From Deltaproteobacteria bacterium (GTDB lineage: Bacteria > Myxococcota_A > UBA9042): DNA of 64,000 nucleotides. Location: positions 40,423-104,422 of the forward strand of contig JACKFC010000017.1 in the NCBI GenBank assembly GCA_020632665.1, written 5' to 3'. This document shows positions 52,676-63,200 of this stretch, one piece after another (position 1 is the first letter of the stretch; each line of letters opens with the position of its first letter). The notes beneath the pieces are model-generated. The model was not told the origin of the DNA and ran no database searches. It worked only from the letters and a program-made list of their open reading frames with translations. A program made the position numbers and the translations under genes.

Positions 52676-55600
52676 TTAGGGCGTGAACGTATAGATGACG
52701 ATCTCGCGCTTGCCGGATCCGTTTTGCCCCTCGGCGACGAGGCTCCAACTGTCCCCTAGCCAAACCGCTTGAGCGGCACCTCTCCAGGCAAGACCGGGCC
52801 GCGGGTCGCCGGATTCCATGAGGTCGGTTGACCACGAGCTCGGTGTCAGCAGGTCCGCTGGCTTGACGGCTCCGTCGGCACTCACAGTGAAATACGAGTG
52901 CACGCCAGGGTAGTGCAGGGTGCCCGTATTCATCGTTACGAGCGCTGCACCACCCTTTCCGGCCACGACGCGGGCTCCGAGGATACCTGACGAGCAGCTC
53001 CCCGGGGTCTTGCTGCCTTGCGTGAACACCTGCTTCGCCGTCCAGGTGCCCCCGGGCTTGCCGCGGGCCAGCCAGAGGCTGTCGCTCGACGCTCCTCGGG
53101 TCACGATCGCGACGACCGCTTCGCCCTTGTCCGCGTCCCAGGCGGCATCCAGGGTACAGACCGCCGTCGCGCCGCCGAGAACCGTCGCGCCGGCACCGCT
53201 GCTCCCGGAGGCGAGCCAGGATGCCGGAGTGTCGTCGGTGCCCTTCGCATCCAGCGGGAGGGCCCACAACTCCCGAGTGTACGATCCGGATTTGTTCTTT
53301 TCACCCAACGCGAGGACCCAGAACCGCGCCTTGTTGGCGTCTTCCGCGCCCATGTCGATCACGACCGGGTGGACGGTCGAAAAGGCTCCGAGGAGCGTGC
53401 TGCCGTTGATTGACGGCGAGCCAACGACCCCACCGAATGCCAGGACGTTGCTCGCCGGCGTCACGAGGTCATCCACCTTCGGTCGCGCGAAGATGGCGCC
53501 CCGCTTGCTCGGATCCGTCGACGCTCCGCCAAGGACCGCGAAGCCGGGCGTCATGAACGCCGGCTTGTCGCCACCATCGAGCGGGCAGGTGGTGCCAGCG
53601 ACGGCGCTCCAGGAACCTCCGGAGGTCACGGCCCCACCGTCGAGCCGCGCCAGCCGGGCGATGCCGCCCCGGCCGAAGTTGTCGAGGCAGATCGGCGAGC
53701 CGCCCACGCCGGCTTCGAGCCAGGTCAGCCACGCCTGCGAGCTGGACTCGGGATCGACGGCGACCGCCGGGAACGCCGCCGCGGCTCCGGCGCCGACGAC
53801 GTGGTTGGCGAAGGTGATGACCGCCGGCTTCGGCTTGGTGTCGCCGGGCTTGGCCGCGATGGCCGGGTCGAGCACGACCGCGCGCAGCTTGCTCGGCTGG
53901 TTGATCGCCCACGTCGGGTCGCCGAACTTCTCCGGATCCCCTCCGAGCGAGGGCTTGACGACGGTCGCCGCCGCCTGGCTCTGGTAGACCACCCACAACC
54001 GGTGGCGTCCCGTCTTGGCGTCGAGGACGTGCCGAATCGCGACCGGGTTGGTCGGCGCCGGGTCGTCCGCGCTCTCGCTGACCAGCACCACGGGCTTCGG
54101 CGTCAGGCAGGCCTTGGCGGTGCCGTCGCAGCTGTGGCCGTAGGGGCAATCGTCGACGAAGGCGCAGCCGGTCTTGCTGTCGGCCCAGGCGGTGCCGGGG
54201 TCGCAGGCGTCGACGGTGCAGGGCAGCCCGTCGTCGCAGGCTCCGGCGATGATCTCGTGCTTGCAGGCGCCCGCGGCGGAGCAGGTGTCCTTGGTGCAGC
54301 TCGCGCCGTCGTCGACGCAGCTCGAACCGGCCGCGGCGAGGGTCCAGGCGCTCTGCGACGCGCTCGGCGTGCAGCTCTGGCAGCCCGCTTGCTGCATGGT
54401 GCCCTCGTCGACGCAGGCGCCGTCGATGACGCAGCTCTTGCTGCCGATCGTGAGCTTGCAGCTACCGCCGGCGCATTGCTCGGTCGTGCAGGCGAGGCCG
54501 TCGGTGGTGCAGTCGGCGCTGTTGTTGACGAAGGCGCAGCCGGTCTTGGCCTCACCAGTGGCGCCGGCGCAGGTGTCGCCGGTGCAGACGTTGCCGTCGT
54601 CGCAGGCCGAGTCCACGGCCTTGTGGACGCAGCCGGTGTCGACGGCACCGGCCTTGGGGTCGCAGCTGTCGATGGTGCAGGAGAGGTCGTCGTCGCAGGC
54701 GGCGTCGCTCGGGACCTGCTTTTTGTCGCAGGCGCCAGCGCCGTCGCAATGCTCGGTGGTGCAGGAGAGGCCGTCGTCGCCCTCGCAGGTCGCGCTGGTC
54801 GGCAGCGGCACCGTCTTGCAGCCCTTGACCGCCTCGGCGTCGCAGCTGCCCTTGACGCAGGGGCCGTCCTTGTCCTTGCAGGCGGCGTCGTCGGCAGTCG
54901 CGACGCAGGCGCCCTTGCCGTCGCAGGCGTCGACCGTGCAGGCGATATCGTCGGCCTTGCAGGGCTCGCCGGCGGCGATCGGGGTCCACTTGTCCTGAAC
55001 GATGGTGGCGGCGCAGCGCTGGCAGGGCGCATTCGGGTCGGCATCGCCGTCGGCGATGCAGGTCCCGCTGCCGCCGTCGCCGGCGATGAAGCAGAAGCCG
55101 GCGCTGATCCCCTCGATGACGCACGAGCCCGCCTTGCACGCGCCCGGGCGGCAGGTCGCGCCGTCTTCGCTGCACGTCGTGCCGTCGGCCTTATCCGACC
55201 AGGCTTCCTTCGCCGAGATCGGATCGCAAACCTTGCAGCCCGCGCTGCCGTCCGCTGCGTCGCCGGTTTTGCGGCATTTTCCGTCGATCACGCAGAAGCC
55301 GGTGGCGATGCCGGCAGGCTGGCAGGTGCCGCTGCCGTTGCAGGCGCCCTGGGTGCAGGATAGGCCGTCGGCGTCGTCGCAGCCCGCACCGTTCGGCTTG
55401 TCCGTCCATTTGCGCGGGTCGATGCTCGGGATGCAGGCCTGGCAGCCGTTGCTCGGGTTGTTGGCGTCCGCGGCGACGCAGCTCTTGCTGCCGTTGTCGT
55501 CGATCAGGCAGGTATCGGCCGTCAGGTTCGCGGCGACCGTGCACTCGCCCTCGGCGTCGCACGCGCCGAGGGTGCAGGCGATGCCGTCGCCGTCCTCACA

Positions 55601-55906
55601 CGCGCTGCCGGCGGCCTTGGCGACCATCACGCAGACGCTCTCCTCACACGCGGCAGCCCGACAGGCGCCGGCCTCGGTCGGGGTCCAGCTGCCGTCACCG
55701 AGCGCCGCCTCGCAATCGGCGACCGCCGTGCAGACGAACGCGCCCGCAGCCAAGCAGCGGCCGAGCTTGCATTGCTGGCCGTTGTTGCACTCGGAGTCGG
55801 CGGAGCAGGAGAGGGTCGGATCCGGCACGGTCCCGCAGCCAGCGGAGCCGAGCCACAATCCGATCAGGGTTGCGAGCCGGAGCGTGTTCGGGTTTCGAGT
55901 ATTCAC
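52676..55906 (-). CDS. Giant lipoprotein, 1076 aa: N-terminal Cys-rich repeat region (CDDG..C...C modules) plus a C-terminal beta-rich domain
   Basis: GTG start with GAGGAGG 4 nt upstream. Lipobox LWLGSAGCG. Repeats CDDGLPCTVDACD and CDDGNVCTGDTC. Confidence 0.8.
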   Translation of the reverse strand: MNTRNPNTLRLATLIGLWLGSAGCGTVPDPTLSCSADSECNNGQQCKLGRCLAAGAFVCTAVADCEAALGDGSWTPTEAGACRAAACEESVCVMVAKAAGSACEDGDGIACTLGACDAEGECTVAANLTADTCLIDDNGSKSCVAADANNPSNGCQACIPSIDPRKWTDKPNGAGCDDADGLSCTQGACNGSGTCQPAGIATGFCVIDGKCRKTGDAADGSAGCKVCDPISAKEAWSDKADGTTCSEDGATCRPGACKAGSCVIEGISAGFCFIAGDGGSGTCIADGDADPNAPCQRCAATIVQDKWTPIAAGEPCKADDIACTVDACDGKGACVATADDAACKDKDGPCVKGSCDAEAVKGCKTVPLPTSATCEGDDGLSCTTEHCDGAGACDKKQVPSDAACDDDLSCTIDSCDPKAGAVDTGCVHKAVDSACDDGNVCTGDTCAGATGEAKTGCAFVNNSADCTTDGLACTTEQCAGGSCKLTIGSKSCVIDGACVDEGTMQQAGCQSCTPSASQSAWTLAAAGSSCVDDGASCTKDTCSAAGACKHEIIAGACDDGLPCTVDACDPGTAWADSKTGCAFVDDCPYGHSCDGTAKACLTPKPVVLVSESADDPAPTNPVAIRHVLDAKTGRHRLWVVYQSQAAATVVKPSLGGDPEKFGDPTWAINQPSKLRAVVLDPAIAAKPGDTKPKPAVITFANHVVGAGAAAAFPAVAVDPESSSQAWLTWLEAGVGGSPICLDNFGRGGIARLARLDGGAVTSGGSWSAVAGTTCPLDGGDKPAFMTPGFAVLGGASTDPSKRGAIFARPKVDDLVTPASNVLAFGGVVGSPSINGSTLLGAFSTVHPVVIDMGAEDANKARFWVLALGEKNKSGSYTRELWALPLDAKGTDDTPASWLASGSSGAGATVLGGATAVCTLDAAWDADKGEAVVAIVTRGASSDSLWLARGKPGGTWTAKQVFTQGSKTPGSCSSGILGARVVAGKGGAALVTMNTGTLHYPGVHSYFTVSADGAVKPADLLTPSSWSTDLMESGDPRPGLAWRGAAQAVWLGDSWSLVAEGQNGSGKREIVIYTFTP

Positions 55907-55967
55907 GGCGCCTCCTCAGAACAGAGGGAGGCTAGCATCCCCCGGTCGGGCTGCCAGATTTGCGCGC

Positions 55968-56897
55968 TCAGCTGCCGCGACGGCGCCGACGGCGGCGACG
56001 GCGGCGTCCACCACCGGACTTGCCGCCGGATTTGCCGCCCGATTCGAGGCTGATCACCAGCTTGAACGAGGCGTCTTTGGCCATGCCGTTGCGCGCCTGC
56101 GCCAGTAGATCGGCGCCCGCGGCGAGCAGGGCCTCGGCCAGCGTGTCGGCGCGGCCGCTGCGCTCGACCTTGGCCGAGAAGCCGGCGGGGCCGTCGTCAT
56201 CGCCATCGTCGTCGTCGTCCCCGTCGTCGTCCTCGCTGTCGTCGTCGTCGTCGGCGTCGTCGTCACCCTCGTCGCTGCCGTCGTCGTCATCGTCGGCCGC
56301 TTCGACGCCGTCGGCATCCTCGTCGTCGGTGGCGCCCGAGGTCGCGACCGGGGCGAGCGTCAGGGCGGCGATCGCCGCGGCTTCGGCCGCTTCGATCTCT
56401 TCCAGCGACGGCTGGTCCTTGCGGCGCGCGAAGATGCGCGAGAACGACGGCGGCGGCAGGCCGACCGTCTCGCAGACGCGCGACCAGAGCCGTTGCAGCG
56501 TGCGGTCGCGCAGCTCGTGCAGCGCGTCACCGATCGAGCCGTCCGGCGCCATCGCCTTCTCGAGCGCGGCGGCGGCGCCCTGCAAAGCCTCGACGGTCAC
56601 CCGGTCGACGCCGGCGAGCTCGGCGTCGCGCTGGGCGGTCTTGAAGCGCTGGTGGCAATCGGCGACGTCGCGCCGGGCCAGCGAGTAGCCGGCGGTCAGC
56701 ACGCGCGCGAAGGCCCGTAGATAGGGGTTCTGGTGGTGGTTGTAGCGGCCGAGATCCTCGGCGAGGGCCGAGGCGCCGGGCGCCGGCGTGGTCGGCAGGC
56801 CGGCGAGGGCGTCCTCGAGGAAGCGCTGCTCGCCTTCGGGTAGTGCGGACTTGGACTTGGCGGAGGAAGAATTCCCCCGGGAATTGCGGCTCATCAT
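55968..56897 (-). CDS. Hypothetical protein with a 45-aa poly-Asp/Glu block and a C-terminal (GGKS)2GGG-R11 tail
   Basis: The ORF sits between the M3 peptidase gene (28-nt gap) and the giant lipoprotein gene (61-nt gap). Low-complexity regions were read directly. Confidence 0.5.
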   Translation of the reverse strand: MMSRNSRGNSSSAKSKSALPEGEQRFLEDALAGLPTTPAPGASALAEDLGRYNHHQNPYLRAFARVLTAGYSLARRDVADCHQRFKTAQRDAELAGVDRVTVEALQGAAAALEKAMAPDGSIGDALHELRDRTLQRLWSRVCETVGLPPPSFSRIFARRKDQPSLEEIEAAEAAAIAALTLAPVATSGATDDEDADGVEAADDDDDGSDEGDDDADDDDDSEDDDGDDDDDGDDDGPAGFSAKVERSGRADTLAEALLAAGADLLAQARNGMAKDASFKLVISLESGGKSGGKSGGGRRRRRRRRRRGS

Positions 56898-56925
56898 CGG
56901 GCTCCTTGGTGTGGCGGTCGGGCGA

Positions 56926-59004
56926 TCAATCGCGCTCGAGCCAGGCCTGGAAGGACTTGAAGTCGTAGGCGCGACCGAGGAAGTCGCGGACGAGCTCGGC
57001 GGCGTCCTTGCTGCCGCCGGGCTCGAGGATGGCGCGGCGGTACGCCATCGCCGTCGCCGGGTCGAGAATTCCGGCCTTCTCGAAGCGCGAGAACATATCC
57101 TTCGCGATCACCAGCGACCACATATACGTGTAGTAGATCGCCGAGTAGCCGTTCAGGTGGCCGAAGCTGTTCTGCATGTGGGTGCCGTCGACGAAGGGGT
57201 AGGGCGAGTAGCGCCCCATCATCTCGCCGACCAGCTTGTCGTGATCCAGACCCTTCGGATCGCGGTTGTGGAACGAGAGGCTGACCGAGGCGTAGAACAT
57301 CTGGTGCCGCACCCACAGCGCTTTGCCGAGCTCCTCGGCGCGGCGCATCTTCTCGACCAGCGCCTTGGGGATGGTCTCGCCCTTGGCGTTGGTGGCGAAG
57401 CGGGCCAGCGTCTCGTAGTCGGTCGCCCACTCCTCGAAGATCTGCGACGGCGCTTCGACGAAGTCCCACTCCGTCGCGACGCCCGAGAAGCGCATCCACT
57501 TCTGCTTGCCGCCGAGGACGTGGTGCATCAGGTGGCCGAATTCGTGGAAGAAGGTCTCGACCTGCTTGTGCTCCATCAGGCCGTTGCCGGTCTTCGGGCT
57601 GGGGAAGTTGCAGACCAGCACACCCTCGGGGAGCTGGCTGCCCTGCAGGCCGTTCTTCAGCGTGAACTGCGCGGCATGCTTGTATTTGTCGTCACGCGGG
57701 TGCATGTCGAGGAAGATCCGGCCGAGCAGCTTGGCGCCCTCCTTCTCGTAGACGTCGAAGGCCTCGACTTCGTCGTGCCAGACCGGGACGTCGGCCGGGC
57801 GGTATTCCAGGCCGAAGAGCGAAGCCGTCAGGTCGAGCAGGCCCTTCTTCACCTTGTCGTAGTGGAAGTAGGGGCGCAGGGCCTGGGCGTCGAAGTCGAA
57901 CTTCTTCTTCTTCACCCGACCCAGCACGAAGGCCTGCTGCCAATCCTCGACCTGCTTGGCCTTCGGGTCGAGGGTCTTGAGCTCGGCCAGCAGCAGCTTG
58001 CGCTCTGCGACCATCCGCTTGTCGGCGATGGTGCGGATCTTCTCGATGAATTCTGCGGCGTTCTTCTCGCTGCCGATCATCTTGTTCTCGGTCACGAAGG
58101 CGGCCCAATTGGCGTAGCCCAGGAGCGTCGCCAGCTCGTGCCGCAGCTCGAGCAGACGCTGCAAATGCGCCGTATTGTCGGGCGTGCCGCGCTGCCGGTA
58201 GACCGTGTAGAGCTCGCGCCGGGCGCGGTCCGAGGTCGAGTAGGTCATGAAGGGGATGTAATCGGGGTAGTCGGTGGTGACGCCGACCTTGCCGGCGTTC
58301 TCGCCGTCCTTCGCCTTTTTGTGCGCGTCGATCCAATCCTGCGGCAGCCCGTCGAGCTCCTTCGGATCGACCCAGACGGTGCGCTTGTCTTGGATGATCG
58401 TCTTGCTGAACTCCTGGCCGACCTTGACGATCTCGTCGTTGAGCTGGCGGATGCGGCGGCGCGTGGCCTCGTCCTTGTCGACGCCGCTGCGCTTGAAGTC
58501 CTCGAGGGTCTTGGTCACCAGGCGGGTCGTCCCCGCGTCGGCGCCCTCCATCTGCAGCGCGGCGAAGACTTCGTAGAGCTGCCGGTCGAGCGAGAGCGCG
58601 GTGGCCAGCGCGGCGACGTCACGCTCGCAGGACTCCGCGACCCGCCGCATCTCCGAATCGGGGTGGACCGAACGCCAGAGCGACGACTCGGCCTCGGCGT
58701 TGGAGAGCGCGGTCTGCATGCGGTTGAACGCCGTCAGCACGGCGTCGCGCGTCGCGGTGCCGGTCTTGCCGCCGAGGGCCACGATCTGCTCGCGGCTCCC
58801 CTTCGCGGTGGTCAGCGCGTCGGCGCAGCGGCGCTCGAGCTGCGACGCCGGGGTCTCGGGCTTGGCGGCCATCGCGGCCTCCTTCTTGGCGGGCTCCGCC
58901 TTGGACTGTGCAGAGGGGCCACCGCAGGCGACCGCGCCGCTCAACAGCAGCGGCAGCGTCAGGCGAACGGTGCGGGTGGCGAAGAGAGACGTGAGGTGGG
59001 TGGA
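56926..59004 (-). CDS. M3-family zinc metallopeptidase (oligopeptidase A/Dcp-like), lipoprotein
   Basis: HEFGHLMHH (HEXXH). Start set at the TTG (Leu30 of the track ORF) with GGAGG 6 nt upstream, which gives signal peptide STHLTSLFATRTVRLTLPLLLSGAVAC. The upstream 29 codons are Arg/Pro-rich. Confidence 0.8.
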   Translation of the reverse strand, partial: STHLTSLFATRTVRLTLPLLLSGAVACGGPSAQSKAEPAKKEAAMAAKPETPASQLERRCADALTTAKGSREQIVALGGKTGTATRDAVLTAFNRMQTALSNAEAESSLWRSVHPDSEMRRVAESCERDVAALATALSLDRQLYEVFAALQMEGADAGTTRLVTKTLEDFKRSGVDKDEATRRRIRQLNDEIVKVGQEFSKTIIQDKRTVWVDPKELDGLPQDWIDAHKKAKDGENAGKVGVTTDYPDYIPFMTYSTSDRARRELYTVYRQRGTPDNTAHLQRLLELRHELATLLGYANWAAFVTENKMIGSEKNAAEFIEKIRTIADKRMVAERKLLLAELKTLDPKAKQVEDWQQAFVLGRVKKKKFDFDAQALRPYFHYDKVKKGLLDLTASLFGLEYRPADVPVWHDEVEAFDVYEKEGAKLLGRIFLDMHPRDDKYKHAAQFTLKNGLQGSQLPEGVLVCNFPSPKTGNGLMEHKQVETFFHEFGHLMHHVLGGKQKWMRFSGVATEWDFVEAPSQIFEEWATDYETLARFATNAKGETIPKALVEKMRRAEELGKALWVRHQMFYASVSLSFHNRDPKGLDHDKLVGEMMGRYSPYPFVDGTHMQNSFGHLNGYSAIYYTYMWSLVIAKDMFSRFEKAGILDPATAMAYRRAILEPGGSKDAAELVRDFLGRAYDFKSFQAWLERD

Positions 59005-59161
59005 CAACGTCGACCTCCGGGCTGGGCGTGGCTGCGCCGCGCGTGCAGGCAGCAGCGCGGCGCGCGCGGAATCTTGCATGCTCGGGTGCAAAGCGAAAGG
59101 CAGGGGGTGATTGGAAGCCCTGGCCCGGCTCGCGTACGCTGGTCGCGGCGGAGGAGGATGC

Positions 59162-59569
59162 GTGGGCGATCAGGTCGACAATCCGGGGAAGAAGCGGCGG
59201 CGCTTCGACACCGCGTGGGTCGGCTCGGCGCAACACTTCGTCTGGCTGGAGTGGGTGGTTCGCGCGACGCTGGTGCTCAACGTCCTCGACGCCATCCTGA
59301 CCATCTTCTGGATCTCCTCGCACCAGGCGATCGAGGCGAACCCTTTGCTCGCCGAGTTGGCGCACCAGCACCCCTTCGGCTTCGTGATCGTGAAGATGTC
59401 GCTGGTCTCGCTCGGGACCTTGTTGCTCTGGCGCCTGCGCAAGCGACCGCTGGCGGTGATCGCGATCTTCGCTGCCTTCCTGGCCTACTACTTCTTGCTG
59501 ATCTACCACCTCGAGGCGCTGAATCCGCGTCTCTTCACGCGGGTCCTCGCGCTGATCGGGGCGCGCTAG
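59162..59569 (+). CDS. Small membrane protein, DUF5658-like (EANPLL motif)
   Basis: GTG with GGAGGAGG 5 nt upstream. About three TM segments. AIEANPLLAEL. Confidence 0.5.
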   Translation: MGDQVDNPGKKRRRFDTAWVGSAQHFVWLEWVVRATLVLNVLDAILTIFWISSHQAIEANPLLAELAHQHPFGFVIVKMSLVSLGTLLLWRLRKRPLAVIAIFAAFLAYYFLLIYHLEALNPRLFTRVLALIGAR

Positions 59570-60018
59570 CGGGGCAAGGTCGCCGGCGCCGGGCGGACCA
59601 TCCAGATATGCGGAATCTCGGCCTCATCGTATTCTTCTCCGACCGCGGTCCAGCCCATGCGGGTGTACCAGGTGCGGAGGTAGGCTTGCGCCGAGAGCGC
59701 CGCCGGTCGGTCGCCGATGACGGCGTGCACCGCCTCCATGAGCTGCGAGCCGACGCCGCCGCGCTGCAGGTCGCGCGCCACCGCCACACGGCCGACCTTG
59801 ACCGGATCCGAGTCGAGAAAGACGCGCGCGGTCGCGACGACGCGGCCCTGCTCATTCGTACCCCAGACGTGGACGCACTCCGGGTCGCGGCCGTCGACTT
59901 CGGCCTCGCAGGTGATCTTCTGCCCGACCACGAAGACCTCGTTGCGCAGCCACAGCATATCGTGCAGCTCGCGCAGGCCGAGGTCGGCGAAGGGCGCGTG
60001 GCGAAACTCCAACTTCAT
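59566..60018 (-). CDS. GNAT acetyltransferase, ElaA-like
   Basis: Start at Met13. VFVVGQ...GRVVATARV...RGGVGSQLM. Confidence 0.7.
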   Translation of the reverse strand: MKLEFRHAPFADLGLRELHDMLWLRNEVFVVGQKITCEAEVDGRDPECVHVWGTNEQGRVVATARVFLDSDPVKVGRVAVARDLQRGGVGSQLMEAVHAVIGDRPAALSAQAYLRTWYTRMGWTAVGEEYDEAEIPHIWMVRPAPATLPR

Positions 60019-60047
60019 GGCCCACTCCAGCACGAGGAGGCCGCAGG

Positions 60048-60263
60048 ATGACATGGATCGGGTGGGTCGTCGCCCTCTCCAGCCTGAGCCTGGTGCTGCG
60101 CCTGACGGTGCGGTGGTGGAACCGGGTCGAGCGGATCCCGCCCGCCGCGCAGCGCCCGCCGCCCGAGCCCTGGCCGGAGGACGAGCCCGAAGATCCCGAC
60201 GCCGATTGGCCGCAACAGCCGAGCGATTTTCTTGCGGAGTCCGAGGATCGCGAGGGATCCTGA
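60048..60263 (+). CDS. Small membrane protein, 71 aa, with an acidic Pro-rich tail
   Basis: One TM segment WIGWVVALSSLSLVLRL. Immediately upstream of the TSP3 giant gene. Confidence 0.35.
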   Translation: MTWIGWVVALSSLSLVLRLTVRWWNRVERIPPAAQRPPPEPWPEDEPEDPDADWPQQPSDFLAESEDREGS

Positions 60264-60292
60264 ATCAGGTTCTACCGTCGCGGAGTTCGGAT

Positions 60293-63200
60293 ATGTCGAC
60301 AACCAGCCGCCTGGGCGCGTTCCTCTGTGCACTGTTGCTGCCGTCATTGGCGTTCGCCGTCGACTCCGACGCAGACGGCCTCGACGACGCCTGGGAGCTC
60401 TCCAACCTCGGCACGCTCGACAGCGGCCCGACCGACGATCCCGACGCGGACGGCCTCGACAACGCGGGCGAGCTCGAGGCCAAGACCCATCCGCTGGTCG
60501 CCGATACCGACGGCGACGGGCTCAGCGACGGCAAGGAGCTCGCGCCGGACAAAGCGGGCCAGAGCAGCGACCCGACCCGCGTCGACACCGACAAAGACGG
60601 CCTCTCGGACGGTGACGAGGTCCTGATCCACGGCAGTCATCCGGGCAAATCCGACACCGACGGCGACGGCCTGACCGACGGCGCCGAGGTGCTGCAGCAC
60701 AAGACCAGCCCCCTGCTCGCCGACACCGACGGCGGCCTCTCCGACGACGGCGTCGAGGTGCTCAAGGACAAGACCGACCCGACCAAGCCCGACGACGACC
60801 TCTACGACAGCGACGGCGACGGCCTCTCGGATTGGGTCGAGCTGAACCAGACCAAGACCAACCGCTTCCTCGCCGACACCGACGGCGACGGCTTGAGCGA
60901 CGGCGACGAGGTCGACAAATACGGCACCCCGCCGCTCGACGCCGACGCCGACGACGACGGCCTCTCCGACGGTGAGGAGCTGCTCGTGGTCGGCACCGAT
61001 CCCTTCGTCGCCGATACCGACAAGGACGGCCTGGTCGACGGCGTCGAGCATTATACCCACCAGACCGATCCGCTCCGCGTCGACTCGGATTGGGACACCC
61101 TCGGCGACGGCGACGAGGTGCTCAAATACGGCAGCAACCCGCTCGCCGCGGACAGCGACGGCGGCGGCGTCTTCGACCCGGTCGAGGTCGCGGACAAGAC
61201 CGACCCGGCCGATCCGAACGACGACGTCGGCCAGGATCCCGACGGCGACGGCCTCTCCACCAGCTACGAGGTCCTGGTCAGCAAGACCGCGCCGGACGAC
61301 GCCGACAGCGACGGCGACGGCCTCCCCGACGGGCAAGAGGTCTTCCCGCTCGACGATCGCCTCGTCACCCCGCCGCTCGACGCGGATGCGGACGACGACG
61401 GCCTGCTCGACGGCAACGAGGGGGGCATCAGCAAGGACGGCAGCCCGGGCGCGATGCAGAACGGCAAGCCCTCGCCGCTGGTCGCCGATTCGGACGTCGA
61501 CGGCCTCCCAGACGGGCTCGAGCTCGGCCTCGCCGCGCCGCAGAAGAGCGCCAAGGACCCGGACGCGACCGCCGGCAAGAGCTTCCTCGCCGACTCCGAC
61601 CCGAGCAGCAAGACCAGCCCGGTCAAGGCAGACACCGACGGCGATGGGCTGCCCGACGGCATCGAAGACGCCAACAAGAACGGCGCCTGGGACGGACAGC
61701 CGGGTGGCAAGGAGACCGATCCGACGGTGGCCGATACCGACGGCGACGGCATGGACGACGGCTGGGAGAGCCAATACGCCGGCACGGCGGGGCAGGGCAC
61801 CCCGCTCGACCCCCTCGACGGCGCCGACGGACCGCTCGATCCCGACCTCGACGGCCTGACCAACCTGCAGGAATACGAGAACCTCTGGCCCTCCGCCGAC
61901 GGCACGCTGGTCCGCCAGAGCACGCACCCGCGCAAGGCCGATACCGACGACGACGGCCTGCTCGACGGCGTCGAGGTCAAGGCCAGCTACGGTGGCTCGC
62001 CCGCCGGCGTGCCCGGCAGCAACCCGAACGACGCCGATACCGATGGCGACGGCCTGCACGACGGCGTCGAAGACCAGGACCACGACGGCAAGGTCGGCAA
62101 GATCGCCTCGACCGGCCTGCTCGAGCCCAACCCGAAGATCCCCGACAGCGACGGCGACGGCCTCAGCGACGGCGCCGAGGACAAGAACCACGACGGCTTC
62201 TGGGACAAGAGCACGGGCGAGACGGCGGCGACCATCGCCGACAGCGACGGGGATTTCCTCGCCGACGGCGCCGAGGTGCAGACCTACGGCACCGACCCGA
62301 ACGCCGCCGATACCGATGGAGACGGCCTGCCCGACGCGCTCGAGGTCGGTAAGCAGGGCGACCTCGACCCTTCGAGCAAGACCAACCCGAACAAGGCCGA
62401 TACCGACGGCGATGGCCTCTCGGACGGGGTCGAGGACGCCAACCACGACGGCAGCCGCGGGCCGAGCGAGACCGATCCGCTCGCCGCCGACACCGACGGC
62501 GACGGCCTGCCCGACGGCCTCGAAGACAAGAACGACAACGCCAAAGTCGACGCCGGCGAGACCGACCCGCTCGACGCCGACTCCGACGACGACGGGCTCT
62601 ACGACGGGGCTGAAGACAAGAACAAGAGCGGCAGCAAGGACCCCGACGAGACCGATCCGCTGCTCGCCGACACCGACGGCGGCGGCAGCAGCGACGGCGA
62701 CGAGAAGAAGGTCGGCACCAACCCGCTGCTGGCGAAGGACGATTACGCCGGTGATGCCGACGGCGACGGCATCCTGACCGGCGTCGAAGTCGGCCTCGGC
62801 ACCAACCCCCAGTCGGCCGATAGCGACGGCGACGGCATCGGCGACGCGGTCGAGACGGCGTCTGCAGCCACCCCGACCGGTGGCGCCGCGATCGACACCG
62901 ACGGCGACGGCACCATCGACGCGCTCGACGCCGACAGCGACGGCGACGGCCTACCCGACGCGATCGAAGCGGGCGACGCCGACCTCGCGACTCCGGCGGC
63001 AGACAGCAACGCGGACGGCGTGGCCGACTACCGCTCGCTCGACTCCGACAGCGACGGCGTCGCCGACGAGGACGAGGCCGGCTACGGCACCTCGCCGACC
63101 AAGGCAGACACCGACGCCGACGGGCTGGGAGACGGCAAGGAGATCGATCTGGGCACCGATCCGACCTTCGGCGACTCCGACCACGACGGCCTGCCCGACG

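Noticed and set aside
59005-59091. N-terminal 29 codons of the M3 peptidase ORF-track model
   Set aside because: Non-protein-like composition. TTG at 59004 has GGAGG at ideal spacing and yields a proper signal peptide and lipobox.
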